NCBI GenBank assembly: GCA_012295275.1 | Contig: CM022671.1 | Coordinates: 11,346,001 to 11,410,000 of the forward strand | DNA: 64,000 nucleotides | Direction: 5' to 3' | Source: Chrysomallon squamiferum | Lineage: Eukaryota; Animalia; Mollusca | Shown: piece by piece, positions 1 to 12,200 of the stretch | Numbering within the stretch: the stretch's first letter is position 1 | Layout of the letters: each line of letters opens with the position of its first letter | Notes under the pieces: model-generated | What the model was told of the DNA's origin: nothing | The model's input: only the letters and a program-made list of their open reading frames with translations | Database searches by the model: none | Made by a program: the position numbers and the translations under genes

Positions 1-645
1 TATGTATATATAATGTTATGAATATATTCACGTTATATATGTTAAAGTTTATGTGCGAATTATTCGTATATCGACTTGACTGCTGTACTACTACCATGAC
101 GTTTACCAAATCACAGTTCACTGTTTGGCAGAGGTTTCGATCGTATTAAGAATATAAGGTTAATACTTTAAAAAAAGATATGGGTAATTTATAACAAATA
201 TTACAATATTAAAACCATTAAATTTGTTATCGATTTCCAAAAAATGTTTTGATAATACTGCAGTCCGTGCACAAAATCACACACACAGAATCTCACACAT
301 ACGCAAACTCATACACACTGATAATGTTTCAAGTTGCTGTCATCTATTAAAACTAAATTCTGTAATTTCATTAATAACTGTATATTACGAGTTTCTCAAT
401 TATGACAGTTTTGAACTATAAGCCTTTCTCGTTCAAGGATGCAACGCTTGTCTCAGTATTTCCTAATTCGCTTTTCCGAATGATAACTTCAACCTTTCAA
501 GAGATCTTGAGTTTTATCACTGAAATAGTTTATCTTTTTAACCGGATGTAATTCTTCTTCTTCTGTTTTTATAATCTTTAATCCCAAACTGGGTCATTAA
601 TATCTAAAAACACCAAGGGATATTCAAAATAATCGAATTTGTAGT

Positions 646-648
<3 letters not shown>

Positions 649-707
<59 letters not shown>

Positions 708-752
708 ATAAAAATAATTAATGTTAAACCTTAATAATGCTGAACATTACAG

Positions 753-812
<60 letters not shown>
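649..812. repeat. (CT)n 649-705 and (AT)n 754-812 microsatellites
   Basis: Perfect dinucleotide runs visible directly. Confidence 0.95.
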
Positions 813-814
<2 letters not shown>

Positions 815-2628
815 ATCACAAATTTTTGTATCTAACCGACAATATATTCTATAGAAAATGCACTGTTCGGTTTCCTTGGTGGCATGATTAATACTGCATG
901 ACTGTGTTTACGATAACTTTTCAGAGGAAATTATACTTAATTTTTCAGAACAAGCTGATAAGAGATAATTCACTAAAGTAAAGATAAACATCTCTATAAT
1001 TTAGTAATCTACATTATTCATTTATTGACACAAAATTAATATATTAAAGTTTGCATGATACAGCAACTTAATAAGTAAGTACAGATGTACTTCAAAACAG
1101 GCACAATGCAGTTTTAGCTCGTTAAAACGCCAAAATTATTTGAACTGTTATAATAGAAAGTTTAATACGATACATTTTACAGTGTATTGATTATGCGGTT
1201 AGGCTATTATTATTTTGTCCCACTACAGAATGAGTCGATATTTATTTGCACGATCGATTAAGAAAGTACAAAACATTGCGTGACCAGCTTTGCTGCACCT
1301 GTCCTTTTTTCTTTCTTCACTAAATCAAGCAAATTGCATATTAAATGAAAATCGGATTTATAGCTTCCAAAGTGCCGATTACTGTTTCTAAAGAAGTTCA
1401 TGAAACATAATGCTCAGCTTTTTGCTGCAATAATTCAAAATTTATTGTCCGTCCAGCTGACCGAAATGTAACAACTGATATCTAGTATATATTAAAGAAT
1501 AATATGCAAAAAACAACAACTATGGATTGAGACGTAAGCTAAAGGTTTTATAGATAGAGAGATAGATATCGTTTTCAAAGCAAACAATATAAATTTTTAA
1601 AATTTTCTGGCTCATAAATACAATTACAGACATATTTACCCTGAAATTGTAAACATTGGTCATAAGAAACAAGTACTGAAAAAACAGTTGAGTCATAAAC
1701 GCATATAGTTAAACATTTGATTTTGCCGCGCAACCCAGATAGTAAACATGTCCAAAATATGATTTAGTTTGCAGAAAAAATTCATATAAATCTAACAAAG
1801 TAATTAAGAAGATTAAAAACTAAGTTAAACAAAAACAACACATTTCTAAGTCAAAAATGATTTTAATTAAATCGTCTGAAATCAAACAAGACTGTTTACA
1901 CATCATAAATGACTTTTTTATCTTTTTTTTTCTTCATATAAACTTTAAAAATATTAACAATTCATACTTGTAATTAACAATCCTTAACGAAAAATAAAAA
2001 GTTCAATTGGTATTCCAATTCTAAATCGGACGGAATTTTTTATAAAGGGCAAAGGTAATTTATTATCACCTTTTCTTTTTTCAAAATATATCAGTACGAA
2101 GCAGTTATACCACTTATTCCAAACACACATAAAATTCCAACTGCACTAATGTTTTTAAAAATGTGTTATATTAGATTTTTCTGCATTGGTACAGGAGCAG
2201 ATGGAGTTTTAAAAAGTTCAGCAACCAACCAGACTGTGAAAGTTATTGATATTTATACCAAAAATGTACTGTTTCATTCCAGAAAAACCACAACTACAAA
2301 TGTGATAAATATCACAACAACGTACATTTTCGAAATACATTACCATCAACTCCGAAAGAAATGTCGAAATATGGTTCTTTTTACATAGCTTTTTCACAGC
2401 CAAAATGAAGTAGTTTACGTTCATTTGTACTGGTGATTAAACTTGTGCAATAACTGGACGAATTGTACTTATTTGAAAACTGGCCTTGGGTTTCTAATGT
2501 TTAACCAGATGAAGTCAGAAACCATATGAACAATATATATATATTACTTCAATACGTTGAGCAAAACACTAAATATAAACATTTTTAAATTTTTAAACTT
2601 GGAACAAACAATTATACTAAAAACTCCA

Positions 2629-3183
2629 TTAAGCCAACACTGAATCGGGGTCTGCTTTTGGAATCCCATTTCGTGTAAAGAATGTATCGGCAACCGTTCT
2701 CGTTCGTCCATATGCTGGTTTCTTTATTTGTTCCTTTTTAATGGCATCTTCTAGCCTCCATCCATATTCCCAAGAACTCACTACAGGATATATAAATTTA
2801 TTTTCTGGAATTATTTCGTACCTGTTCCTTAGATATTGTGCCCTTCCTTTACCTTCCTTAGTGAAGCCATCGTAGAGAGTTTGTTGTGTTTTTGGTGATG
2901 GCGGTCGCATTTCTTTTAAGTCGGTAAAGGTTCTCGATTTTTCAAATGGCATCATCGTTTGTTTCTTAATGTTATACTGGTTAATGGAAACAGGTGGTAA
3001 CTTCTGTTTTACATCTGGTTTTAGCATTTCAATTTTTCTCTTAAAAACTTCGAATTGCTTGGGTGGTTTGTTTGTCCCACGTTTTTTTTGTTCAGTGTAC
3101 CACTGAAGACGCGTTTTTGTTTCCTTTTCAACTGATTCCGTCAGAAAGTTCTGATACTGATAGGTAAAGTCCTTGAAAGCCAT
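2629..3183 (-). CDS. SPMIP1: Sperm microtubule inner protein 1 / ATP6V1FNB-family protein, intronless CDS, 184 aa
   Basis: First ATG of the ORF is at 3183 (the track starts at an upstream TTG). N-terminal QNFLTESVEKETKTRLQWY and C-terminal EMRPPSP-LYDGFTKEGKGRAQYL-PENKFIYPVVSSWEYGW-TFFTRNG match the family motifs as recalled from human ATP6V1FNB (LYEGISHDFQGRYRYL..P..RY.FPITTSFTYGW..FFRKNG). Confidence 0.85.
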   Translation of the reverse strand: MAFKDFTYQYQNFLTESVEKETKTRLQWYTEQKKRGTNKPPKQFEVFKRKIEMLKPDVKQKLPPVSINQYNIKKQTMMPFEKSRTFTDLKEMRPPSPKTQQTLYDGFTKEGKGRAQYLRNRYEIIPENKFIYPVVSSWEYGWRLEDAIKKEQIKKPAYGRTRTVADTFFTRNGIPKADPDSVLA

Positions 3184-3380
3184 TTTAGTAAATGTACTTT
3201 TCTGCAACAAATCTATTTTATAATTTTTCCAACAAATCTAACGCTTTCGTTCAGACTTTGCTTTTCTACTGGAGATCAGTTCATACACTCACAATCAACG
3301 TTGGTGAGTCCCAGGTTGCTAGCAACAACGTGATCACATGTTATCGCGAGAATCTACGATATTGAAAAATAAAAATGGCG
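3184..3380. promoter_or_regulatory. Compact bidirectional promoter SPMIP1/FBXL5
   Basis: Only 191 bp separate the divergent ATGs and the region is CpG-rich. It contains the palindrome GTTGCTAGCAAC (3315-3326, RFX X-box form), TATCGCGAGA (3342-3351, TMTCGCGAKA/BANP-type motif) and a YY1-like AAAATGGCG overlapping the FBXL5 ATG. Confidence 0.8.
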
Positions 3381-6300
3381 CCGCTTTGGCCGGAGGAAGT
3401 TGATGTTTTTTCGGTTCCTCACTCTAGAATGAAGGAACTTGTACAAAGATATCTCGACATGGTACATGACAGTACTTTAACTGTTTCTTTCTGAACTCAT
3501 TATTCTAGCTGTCATAAAAGTCTGATATTAACTGTAAAATGATTAAGTAAACATGTGATGCAAGAAACATAAAGTTGATAAATCATAAACCTAAAAAAAG
3601 TAAAATCTCCACTTATTTTAATATTTACATGATAAAATTTTAGTATACATTCATGATTTTGTAATAAATAACGAATGGTGATGTAACAACATTAAAGGAT
3701 AAAAATTTGCTTCTGTGAAATTAAATTACTCGGGGGGGGGGAAGAAAGATGTAACAATTTGTTTATTCTAACACGATAGTAACACTAACAGTAACACTAA
3801 TGATTAAACTTTAAAGTATTAAATATTTAATGATTACGTGATTACTTGAGTAACTTACACATGTAATTTCTGGTTGTTTTTAACAATATATATATAAACA
3901 AAAAATGAAAAGTAATATTACACTTCAAGTTCAGTCATCATTTATGTCATAGTGTTTACCTTAATCATAGGTGATGAAATTATAAAATACGTTGCTTTGG
4001 TTAAAATCATAAAAATGGCAATGGTTTAGATGCGTGGGAAGTTAATCTGAAAATCTTTTTGTGTTAGATTACAAATTTCATCAAGCTTCATACACATTTT
4101 TAAAATGTGACTAAATTAGTGTTGGTAATTTAAATGTCTCTGGTTCTGAAAATTCTCTGGCTCCACCAAAAAAAAAAAAAGGCTTATTAAATTTTCAATA
4201 TTACACATTCTAAAAGTATTTTATTATTCATTTAATTATATATGTATATAATCATTGAATTTAGTTTTCTTTAAAATTGCTTTTTCTTAAGCTTTCAAAA
4301 AAATAAATTTCAGATGTCTTCTATTAATTTTGCCGATGTTGTAAATCTGACAACACTGGTGGAGAGTCTTTTCAACACATTCAGAGTATTCAAGGCACAT
4401 GAACAGATAGAGAACAAGTACATAATGCGAAGACTGAGGCAGAAACTGCAAGCTCTCTCCATCACCAACAGAGCTGTCTGCAACTGCCACAAGGACAGCA
4501 GACTTTCAAAGATGCTGAGTCTGTTACAACAAGGTCACAGCCTGACACGGACAAGTGACATTGAACGAATGAACTTTGGCATGAAGTTACGCCAAGCACT
4601 GGAAGATTTTACAGAACAGTTCCTGCCACACATGGAGGAGGAAGAAGAGGTGAGAAACTTTGACCAAAAATTAAAATATGTTGGGATGTCTTTAAATGTT
4701 GGCTGACAGTTTAACACATTTCCTTCAATAGCTGCTGTGAAAACAATTAGGAAATATATTTGTTTGCCTTTTATAATTTTTAATTTAAAAAACAAAAATA
4801 TATATTAACACATAAATAAAAAGTTTATGTTACTCTGCTATGAAAAGAGATTAGAAGTGATTTATGTGTTTCTGTTGAACCTTGTTTATGATTATTACTT
4901 ATTTCTTTAAGGTTTTCCAGCCCATGTTAGTGGAATATTTCAGCTATGAAGAACTGAAAGAAATCAAAGCTAAAGTTATCAAGAAGCACTTGATCCAAGA
5001 GCAGTGTGATGTTTTTAGTGTTGAGAAGTGTGTGGAAGATGCCTTGTCTAGTAAGTTTCTTTATAAATCTACCACAACACTGTTTTTCCATAATATTGTT
5101 ATTTTATATATTTATTATATATTTTTTTAAAGCATATTAAATAATAATTTCTAAAAAGCAAGTTATAAATTAAAGTTTAGATGCCACATTTTTCTTTTTA
5201 TAAGTGTCCTTGTAATATCAAATACAAATGAAACATTATTATTATTATTTTATTTATTTATTTAACTTATTATTGTTTTCTTTGTTTAAGGTGAGTCATC
5301 AGATGAAGAAACTGAGACAGTGTTTCAGAAGACTGGTTTTGATCATCTTCCTTACGAAGTTAAACTGAAGATCAATTCCTACTTGACCCCTCGTGACCTT
5401 GGTAGATGTGCTCAGGTGTGTCAGAGTTGGAATGTTCTTGCAATGGATGGATCACTTTGGACTGAAGTCTATCCAGTCAGCTGGGCAAATGGTTAGTTTT
5501 CAGTGACAACAGATATTCTGTATTTAATTTTTTAATTGTGATTCAGTCATATAGTTCTTATGTATCATGTTGTGAAAGAGATGCTTCATTTTTCATTTAC
5601 TGTTCTAATCAGTTACATGCAAGTTATCATTTATTTGCACTGTCATATAAATAACCATGTCACATCTATGTCATAAATCAAGTAAAGGAGAAGTACTGAT
5701 AACACAAAATTACATTATACATGGCTTTTATTGACTGCAAAGAAGTTTGACCCAGTTCAAAGTTGGGTAGTGCTGACCTCACTCCAAGAACAGGGGATAG
5801 AAGACTTCTGAAAGACATCTAGGCCAATAGCTTGATGATGGTTCATTTACAAAAACAAGACAACAAAGTCCAAATCAAGAGATGCATATGACAGGGAGAT
5901 ACCATATCACCCAACACAAGACTGTATTTCAAAACCATACCTAGTTGGCAAGTTAACAAATTCATGATTCTTTGTGTTTGATGGAATCATTTGATTTTTT
6001 AATAAATATTATTCAAATAATTGTTCTAATACATTTGCCTAATGGCTAAACATTCTTTTACTCATTTGTCAATATTCATTTCTGGTTTTGTTACAGGTGT
6101 ATGGACGTTTCAGTCTATAGAGATGGAGGACTTTGAAGCTGAGGAAGACACGTGTGACTTTGTGTATGATGAGGATGCAGACATTGATGAATCAGTAGCT
6201 GATAATTCAGCAGACAGTTACACAAACATTAAACAGGTAAGTAAACACATGAATACTTTGTTCATTTTAACACAACAAACTGCTGACACTGATGATAACT

Positions 6301-8851
6301 TAGTTTCATTCTGAAATAGGAGAAAGACAACCAGTTATCATCTTTAGAATATTTGCTTTTAAGAAGGTTTGATTTTGTAATAGGCATCAAAATAATATAA
6401 AGAATTTTTATTCATTGACACACTGCAACAGACTGATTGTGTTAGATATTTTTTTCAGATTAGCCATTCAGATTTTCATGTTTATATAGTTACAAATAGA
6501 AACATGATTAATTCTGAGTATCATTGTTGCTAAAATTAGCAGTCAGATTTAGTGCCTGACTTAAATGTAATGAAAAAAAAAGATGTGTTTATGTTGCCTA
6601 TATATTCTAAACACAGACAATAACATGTTTACAGGCCCATAAAGAATCACACATGCTAATCAGACTGGTGGATGGACTTTTACCTAGAGTTGGTGCTTTT
6701 GTCAAGAAATGTTCTCTGGCATTTAGTAAAGGACTCTGCAGTGGTATGGTAAGTTTGGTCTCTTACAAAAATGTTTCTTATGTATTAATGAGTAAAGCTA
6801 TAAGTACACATTTTCAGACTGTCAAGAAAACTGAAGAAAATTATATATTCACTATTTTGATCAAATTATAAGTAATTCTATACAATATTTAATGAAAAAA
6901 ACTGTTCAGAGAAATTATCTGTATTTGTTCCTCTAATTAGATTGTTGATTAAATTATCTCCCTTAGTTTAAAGTATTTGTAAGTTGACAGAAAATAGTTC
7001 AATAAATACACAATAAAAATTAAAGAAAAAAACTTTCTTGTTTTTATGTGTAATTAAAAAGTATCCAAAATAATTAATTATATTTTCAACAAATATATTG
7101 AATTTTCTTTTATTCTGTTAAAGGTCCACAAGTTGCTAAAACTTTGTCCAAACCTTGAGCATCTCGACTTAAAACATTCCTCAGTGACTGATGTGGCTTT
7201 CAAAGGGTGTGTTGACCAAATTAACAAATAATATCTTTCAAAAATAAAGAGTAAAGGAAGAAAACAAGAAAAAACAGCTGAAAATAAATTAGTTATTGAA
7301 TGTTTATAATTAAACAGGATTTTTTTTTTTTTTTTTTTTCATAATATTGTCTGTTTATTTTATAAATTACTGTATTATGAAGTTTTTCACATGATGGTAT
7401 TCCCTCAGTAATTTACCATGTTATATTAGACTGCAGTTTACTTAACTTTTATTTCAAGTTTAAATAAGAATAAAAAATTAAAAGATTTTTGTTCCTGATA
7501 ATAAAAGTTTGGAATGTTTCAGGTTTGGGATGGACATGTGTGGAAAGAAACTGAAACATCTGAATCTCTCAGGATGCATGAAAATCACCGACTTGACTCT
7601 GGAAAGACTGGCATGTGCCATGAAGTTCACTCTTTCATCATCTACGTCAACATCATCCCATGACATTGAAGATGTTCACCCATCAAACTCAGACCTTCGC
7701 TTCAATCATAAGAATTGTCTGCTGCAGGAAAGCAGTCGCCTAAACAGTGCCTGCTCACACGAGTGTCACAGAAAAACCTCCACTGACTTTGTTATTCCAT
7801 GCTGCTCTTCAGAAGACAACGTGGCAGTTTCCTGTGATGTGCCTGTCCACGCTACCTGCACACTGATTTCAGCCTGTAAACCAAAGTGTTCACCTCACAG
7901 ATGTTGTAACAAGAAAAGGACGAGTGTTTGTGGTGTGTCTTGGGCAGATAAAGACTTGACTGCTGAAATCATAAACCTTTCAGTAAATGATTCTGTTGCC
8001 TGCACTGGACTGGAGTTTCTCAGTTTGTCAGGCTGTTACCAGATCACGGATGTTGGACTGAGGTAAGCAGATGTTTTTAATATTATCCTGATGACCCTGT
8101 TATTTCAGTTAACAGATTTCAAGAAACTAAATAATGCTATTGTTTGTTTTAATCCCAAGTTTTCATTTTCAAAAGAGTTATAATTTACAACTGAACTTAA
8201 TAAGATTTCCCAATTACATTATTAATGCTGTACTTCAGTATTTTTATTCACACACACATACACACTCACACACACAGAGAGAAATCTGTCAAGTTAACTG
8301 GATTTGTTTTTGTATTGTTTTAGGCTGTTAACAGCTGTTATCAGCCTTTTAGCACATTATCAAATAACAGCATATGGTCTACATTTGACGAAAATGGTGT
8401 TCTTGATATATTGTTTCAATGACAAAGAATAAAATAATTTAAAACACAAGCTAATAGAAAAATTGTTTGATTCTAAAAATAAAAATTACTTATTGGAAAA
8501 TATTTTGAGAAAGAATGCCAGTGTAAGATGGTACATTTCATTTTACTTAGATTCATATGACATAAATCTGGAAGACATGTAATATGTCATTTATAAATTT
8601 TAATATTTTTAATAATGAACAGGTCACTGGCAGGCTCTATGAGTTTATCACAACTGCAGTATCTTGACCTCTCTGGCTGTGTTGACATTACTGCTGATGG
8701 ACTGGCAGCACTGGTTGAGTCCTGCCCAAGTCTTGATCACACGTACCTCTTCTACTGTGATAACCTGGCTGATGATCCCTATTCCACAACAGCCAGCAGC
8801 TGTCAGAATCTGGAGTGTTCAACACGGTACTGCTGTCGGGTTGGAGACTAG
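3375..8851 (+). CDS. FBXL5: F-box/LRR-repeat protein 5 (hemerythrin-like iron sensor, SCF substrate receptor for IRP), 9 exons, 622 aa
   Basis: Exons are 3375-3461, 4314-4649, 4912-5050, 5291-5491, 6097-6236, 6635-6748, 7124-7206, 7523-8062 and 8623-8851. All introns are GT-AG, phases are consistent and the total is 1869 nt. N-terminus is [20 protein letters not shown]. Hemerythrin ligand motifs are [13 protein letters not shown] and [14 protein letters not shown]. The F-box is [29 protein letters not shown], followed by LRRs and the C-terminal [2Fe-2S] motif YCDNL...[14 protein letters not shown]. Confidence 0.97.
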
Positions 8852-9218
8852 AGTAGGTATACATGTTCTGTTACCAGTGTAGGGAACTCATTTTCTGCCA
8901 TCACACCCAGCGTAACCAGTTATAAACAGAATTTGATTTCTGTTGAACACTAGGCTTTTTTATTTCTAAAAAATACAGATTTATTGAGTGTAGATTTCAT
9001 TTATTGTTTTCTGTTTAACAGATTGTTTCAAAGAGTGCAAAAGACAACTGAGAGTTTAATATTCAATTTAATATTTAATTTAAAAATATTTTTATCTAAG
9101 ATGACCAAGATATTGTCATTGGGAGCAGACTAATTCACCATTTGAGCATATAAATTATATCAACAGATAAAATAATGAATAGAAAAATAATTAAATGTAA
9201 TTTATATCAGAAATGCAA

Positions 9219-9240
9219 AATAAAGTTTAAAGAATAAATG
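9219..9240 (+). terminator. Candidate proximal polyadenylation signals of FBXL5
   Basis: Two AATAAA hexamers (9219-9224 and ~9233) lie ~370 nt after the stop, followed by a GT/T-rich tract. AATAAA is common by chance in this AT-rich DNA. Confidence 0.35.
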
Positions 9241-12200
9241 TGTAATTTTTTTTCAGCAGAAAATCACATCTCTACAACTGTAAGTGAGTTATGTTCAAAT
9301 GACATATTTTTACTTTTCACATTTACACAGTTTTATTTTTTATTTTAGTTTGGTGAAATTTTTTTTAAATTATTTATTTAAAAAAATAGTCTTATGCACA
9401 TGAATAGAGATTATTTTTAGCCTTGTGTTGTATTCTGTATAATTTTATAACACATAGTATATTACTGAACTAGTAAAAGTTATTTTCAAACAGAATTTGG
9501 ATTCATGTTAAATTTTTGTTATTAATATTACCTTGCAGCTCTGTGACAACAGATTGTTTACAGTGTTTATAGCGGTATTCAGTGTTGAAAAATATATAAG
9601 ATTTTTACTTGTATTATATTATTTTCAAGTTTATCATATTGAGAGACGACTATATTATTTTTAATGTATATTTAAACTGAATTACTTTTATCAAGTTGTT
9701 TCATTTCGATTAAAACATCTGTGATATTGTTATTTGATGAAGAAAATGCTCATATGTTTTGACTTTCATGACTAAGTAAGTAGGAAATTTCTGTACTCAG
9801 TTGTAGTAAGCCTCTGGTTGTTATTCTTTAAACCATAAAACAGAAGATGTGAAACCAAAAACAAACTGATATAAAAAGATAAATTATTTTGAAAGTCTTC
9901 GTGACTACATCCAGTCTTACTGGGATCACTCTGTTCTCCACTTGGATGTTAAACATGAAAATACCTGCTAAACTGACTTCATGTTGTTGTTACCATCCCC
10001 ATCTTGATTAAATATTTAATATGCACACTGACTAGACTTGATAACTGCTGTTAGTGCCTCGTACAGATATCTGTATATCTACATAAACTATAAATGTATA
10101 ATGAATAATTTGACAAATGGACTTAATATCTTTGAAGTATTGATTTTTTTAATTCGGATTTCAAATAATGACAGTCTCTTAAATCCATCATACAAGATTT
10201 TGAGACATGTAACGCTTGTTAGTTTATTATGCACAGTTTAATATCAGAGTGTTTTTTGTTTCTTTCATTCTTCTTTATTTTTACATTTATTTTCTTTAAT
10301 ATCAACAGTCATTCTTCCATATTTTTATATATATTTGTTCTACCTGTTCAACACCCTCAGGTGACGATTTGTAGATTTTTTTTTTTTCTAATATTGACCA
10401 AAACAAAAGCAAAATTAATATAATTGTCTAAAACTGAAAGATAATTTATTTTTTCTTTGCCATATAGAAATGTTCTGTTCAGCTTGAAAAAAAAAAGAAA
10501 TAGAATAAACCAAAACAAAATCATCTTTGAAATCTAAAACTTTTCTAACTTTCTTTTCATGTATTCTACAATAGCTGTTTTCTTCCTTGATGTTATCTAT
10601 AAAGATATTATATTGCAAATATATTTGTATAATTTATATTTTTTATTTTTTATTATTTTATTTTATTTTATTTTATTTTGTTTGTTTTGTTAGATTTTTA
10701 TAGTAAAATCAGCCAAACTCCATTCAGATATTTACTAAATAAATCATTTGATTAAAATCTTTTTACATAACTATTAGCATCTATTTTTTAATTTACACAC
10801 TGTCTCAGTTTTATCCACCATCCCTTACACTGTCCATTTAAAACATTCCCAAATGAATATGATGATATATGTTTAGAACTGAAGTTCTGAAAATGCAAGA
10901 TTGTCTTGTATCAGACATTATTCTAATTTTCATAGCTAAAACAGAGCTGGTCTATGCTCACAACTCATGTGTACTGTGTATCATGGACTGTTGGCAGGTT
11001 CATCAGGCCACTGAGGCAGCTTTGTGAAATAAAGAAAGAGATCATTTAAATGATCACAGACCAATGAAATGTTACAATTGACAAATTAGTCCTGGAGCAC
11101 TGGACAGTAGCTGTTGGTCTGTTCTGTCCCAGAGAGATTTGCTTATGGTCACATTTCAAGTTTACACCAAATTTAGGAGTCTTCATACAGTGCCACTGTG
11201 AGGCAGAATGCAGGAAATGCATTCATTCATCCTTTTATGACCAACACACAAGACAAAATTGTTTCTGAGTATTGATCAAGTATTTCTTGCATGGCACTTT
11301 ACAGAACATGAGAAGGGAACCACCAACATGCTGCAAGGAAGATTAATATTATTATTTTTTGTCAGCACATCACAGGGGATGTTCATTGATGTTGCATTTC
11401 CAGCCATTTTTATATATATATAAATACATACACACAGACTATATGAAAACAGTTTTTTATTAACATAGTAAACAGATTAATTATTGAAAAAGAAAACAAA
11501 ATCAATAACAGTTAATAGTGGTTAAGAAAACAAAAATCAGTCTAAAGGAAAATATTTTGACCTTTATAGCATTAAGCTGTTATTGTCTGGCCTGTGTGAC
11601 GTTCAGTCATCATTACTCATTAGTCTGGATGCAGAAATCATGTTTGTGCTAAAGATGTGCATAAAAATTGTTACAATGTTGACATTGAAGCAACATTTTC
11701 CATTCAGAATACCATTGTTTATCTCTAAGATTTTTTTGCTTTAGGATTCTGAAATTTTTATTTTATTTTTTTAGTAACCTGTATTTTAAAAGATTATTGA
11801 TCACAGTAATTCAATAGATCTTGATAAAACAAGCAAACTGGAACACAATGATGAATAATTAAAGTAAGAAAATTAAAAACAAAGTTGTTTCTGGTAAATG
11901 TGATGACAAATTTATTGTCATAGCAGCAGTAATATTATTTTACAGGTAAGTAAAGAAGGCAAGAAATAAAAGTCATAAATGTAAATAATTAAGGGGGAAA
12001 GTTTGATGGTTGAAGTGTCACAGCAATGGTCAGTATATAAACATACACTGACTGTTTCAACAATCTTATAAAGTGTGAAGTACCCAGAATAATTATTTGG
12101 GATGGATGAGATAATTTTGTGCTTTATTTCAAAACAAAAATATTGCAGAATCACACTTCCATAAGACTGTCAGTGATCTCTTGAGAGATGGGGTTGGTCA

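Noticed and set aside
3184-3210. 9-aa N-terminal extension of SPMIP1 in the ORF track
   Set aside because: It starts at TTG. The first ATG (3183) has a good context (AAA-ATG-G) and matches the family start.
10019-10070. Possible terminal minus-strand exon (RYLYEALTAVIKSSQCAY*) in phase with the 65-nt candidate exon
   Set aside because: The acceptor is poor, with competing AGs 8 and 17 nt upstream, and a phase match has a one-in-three chance.
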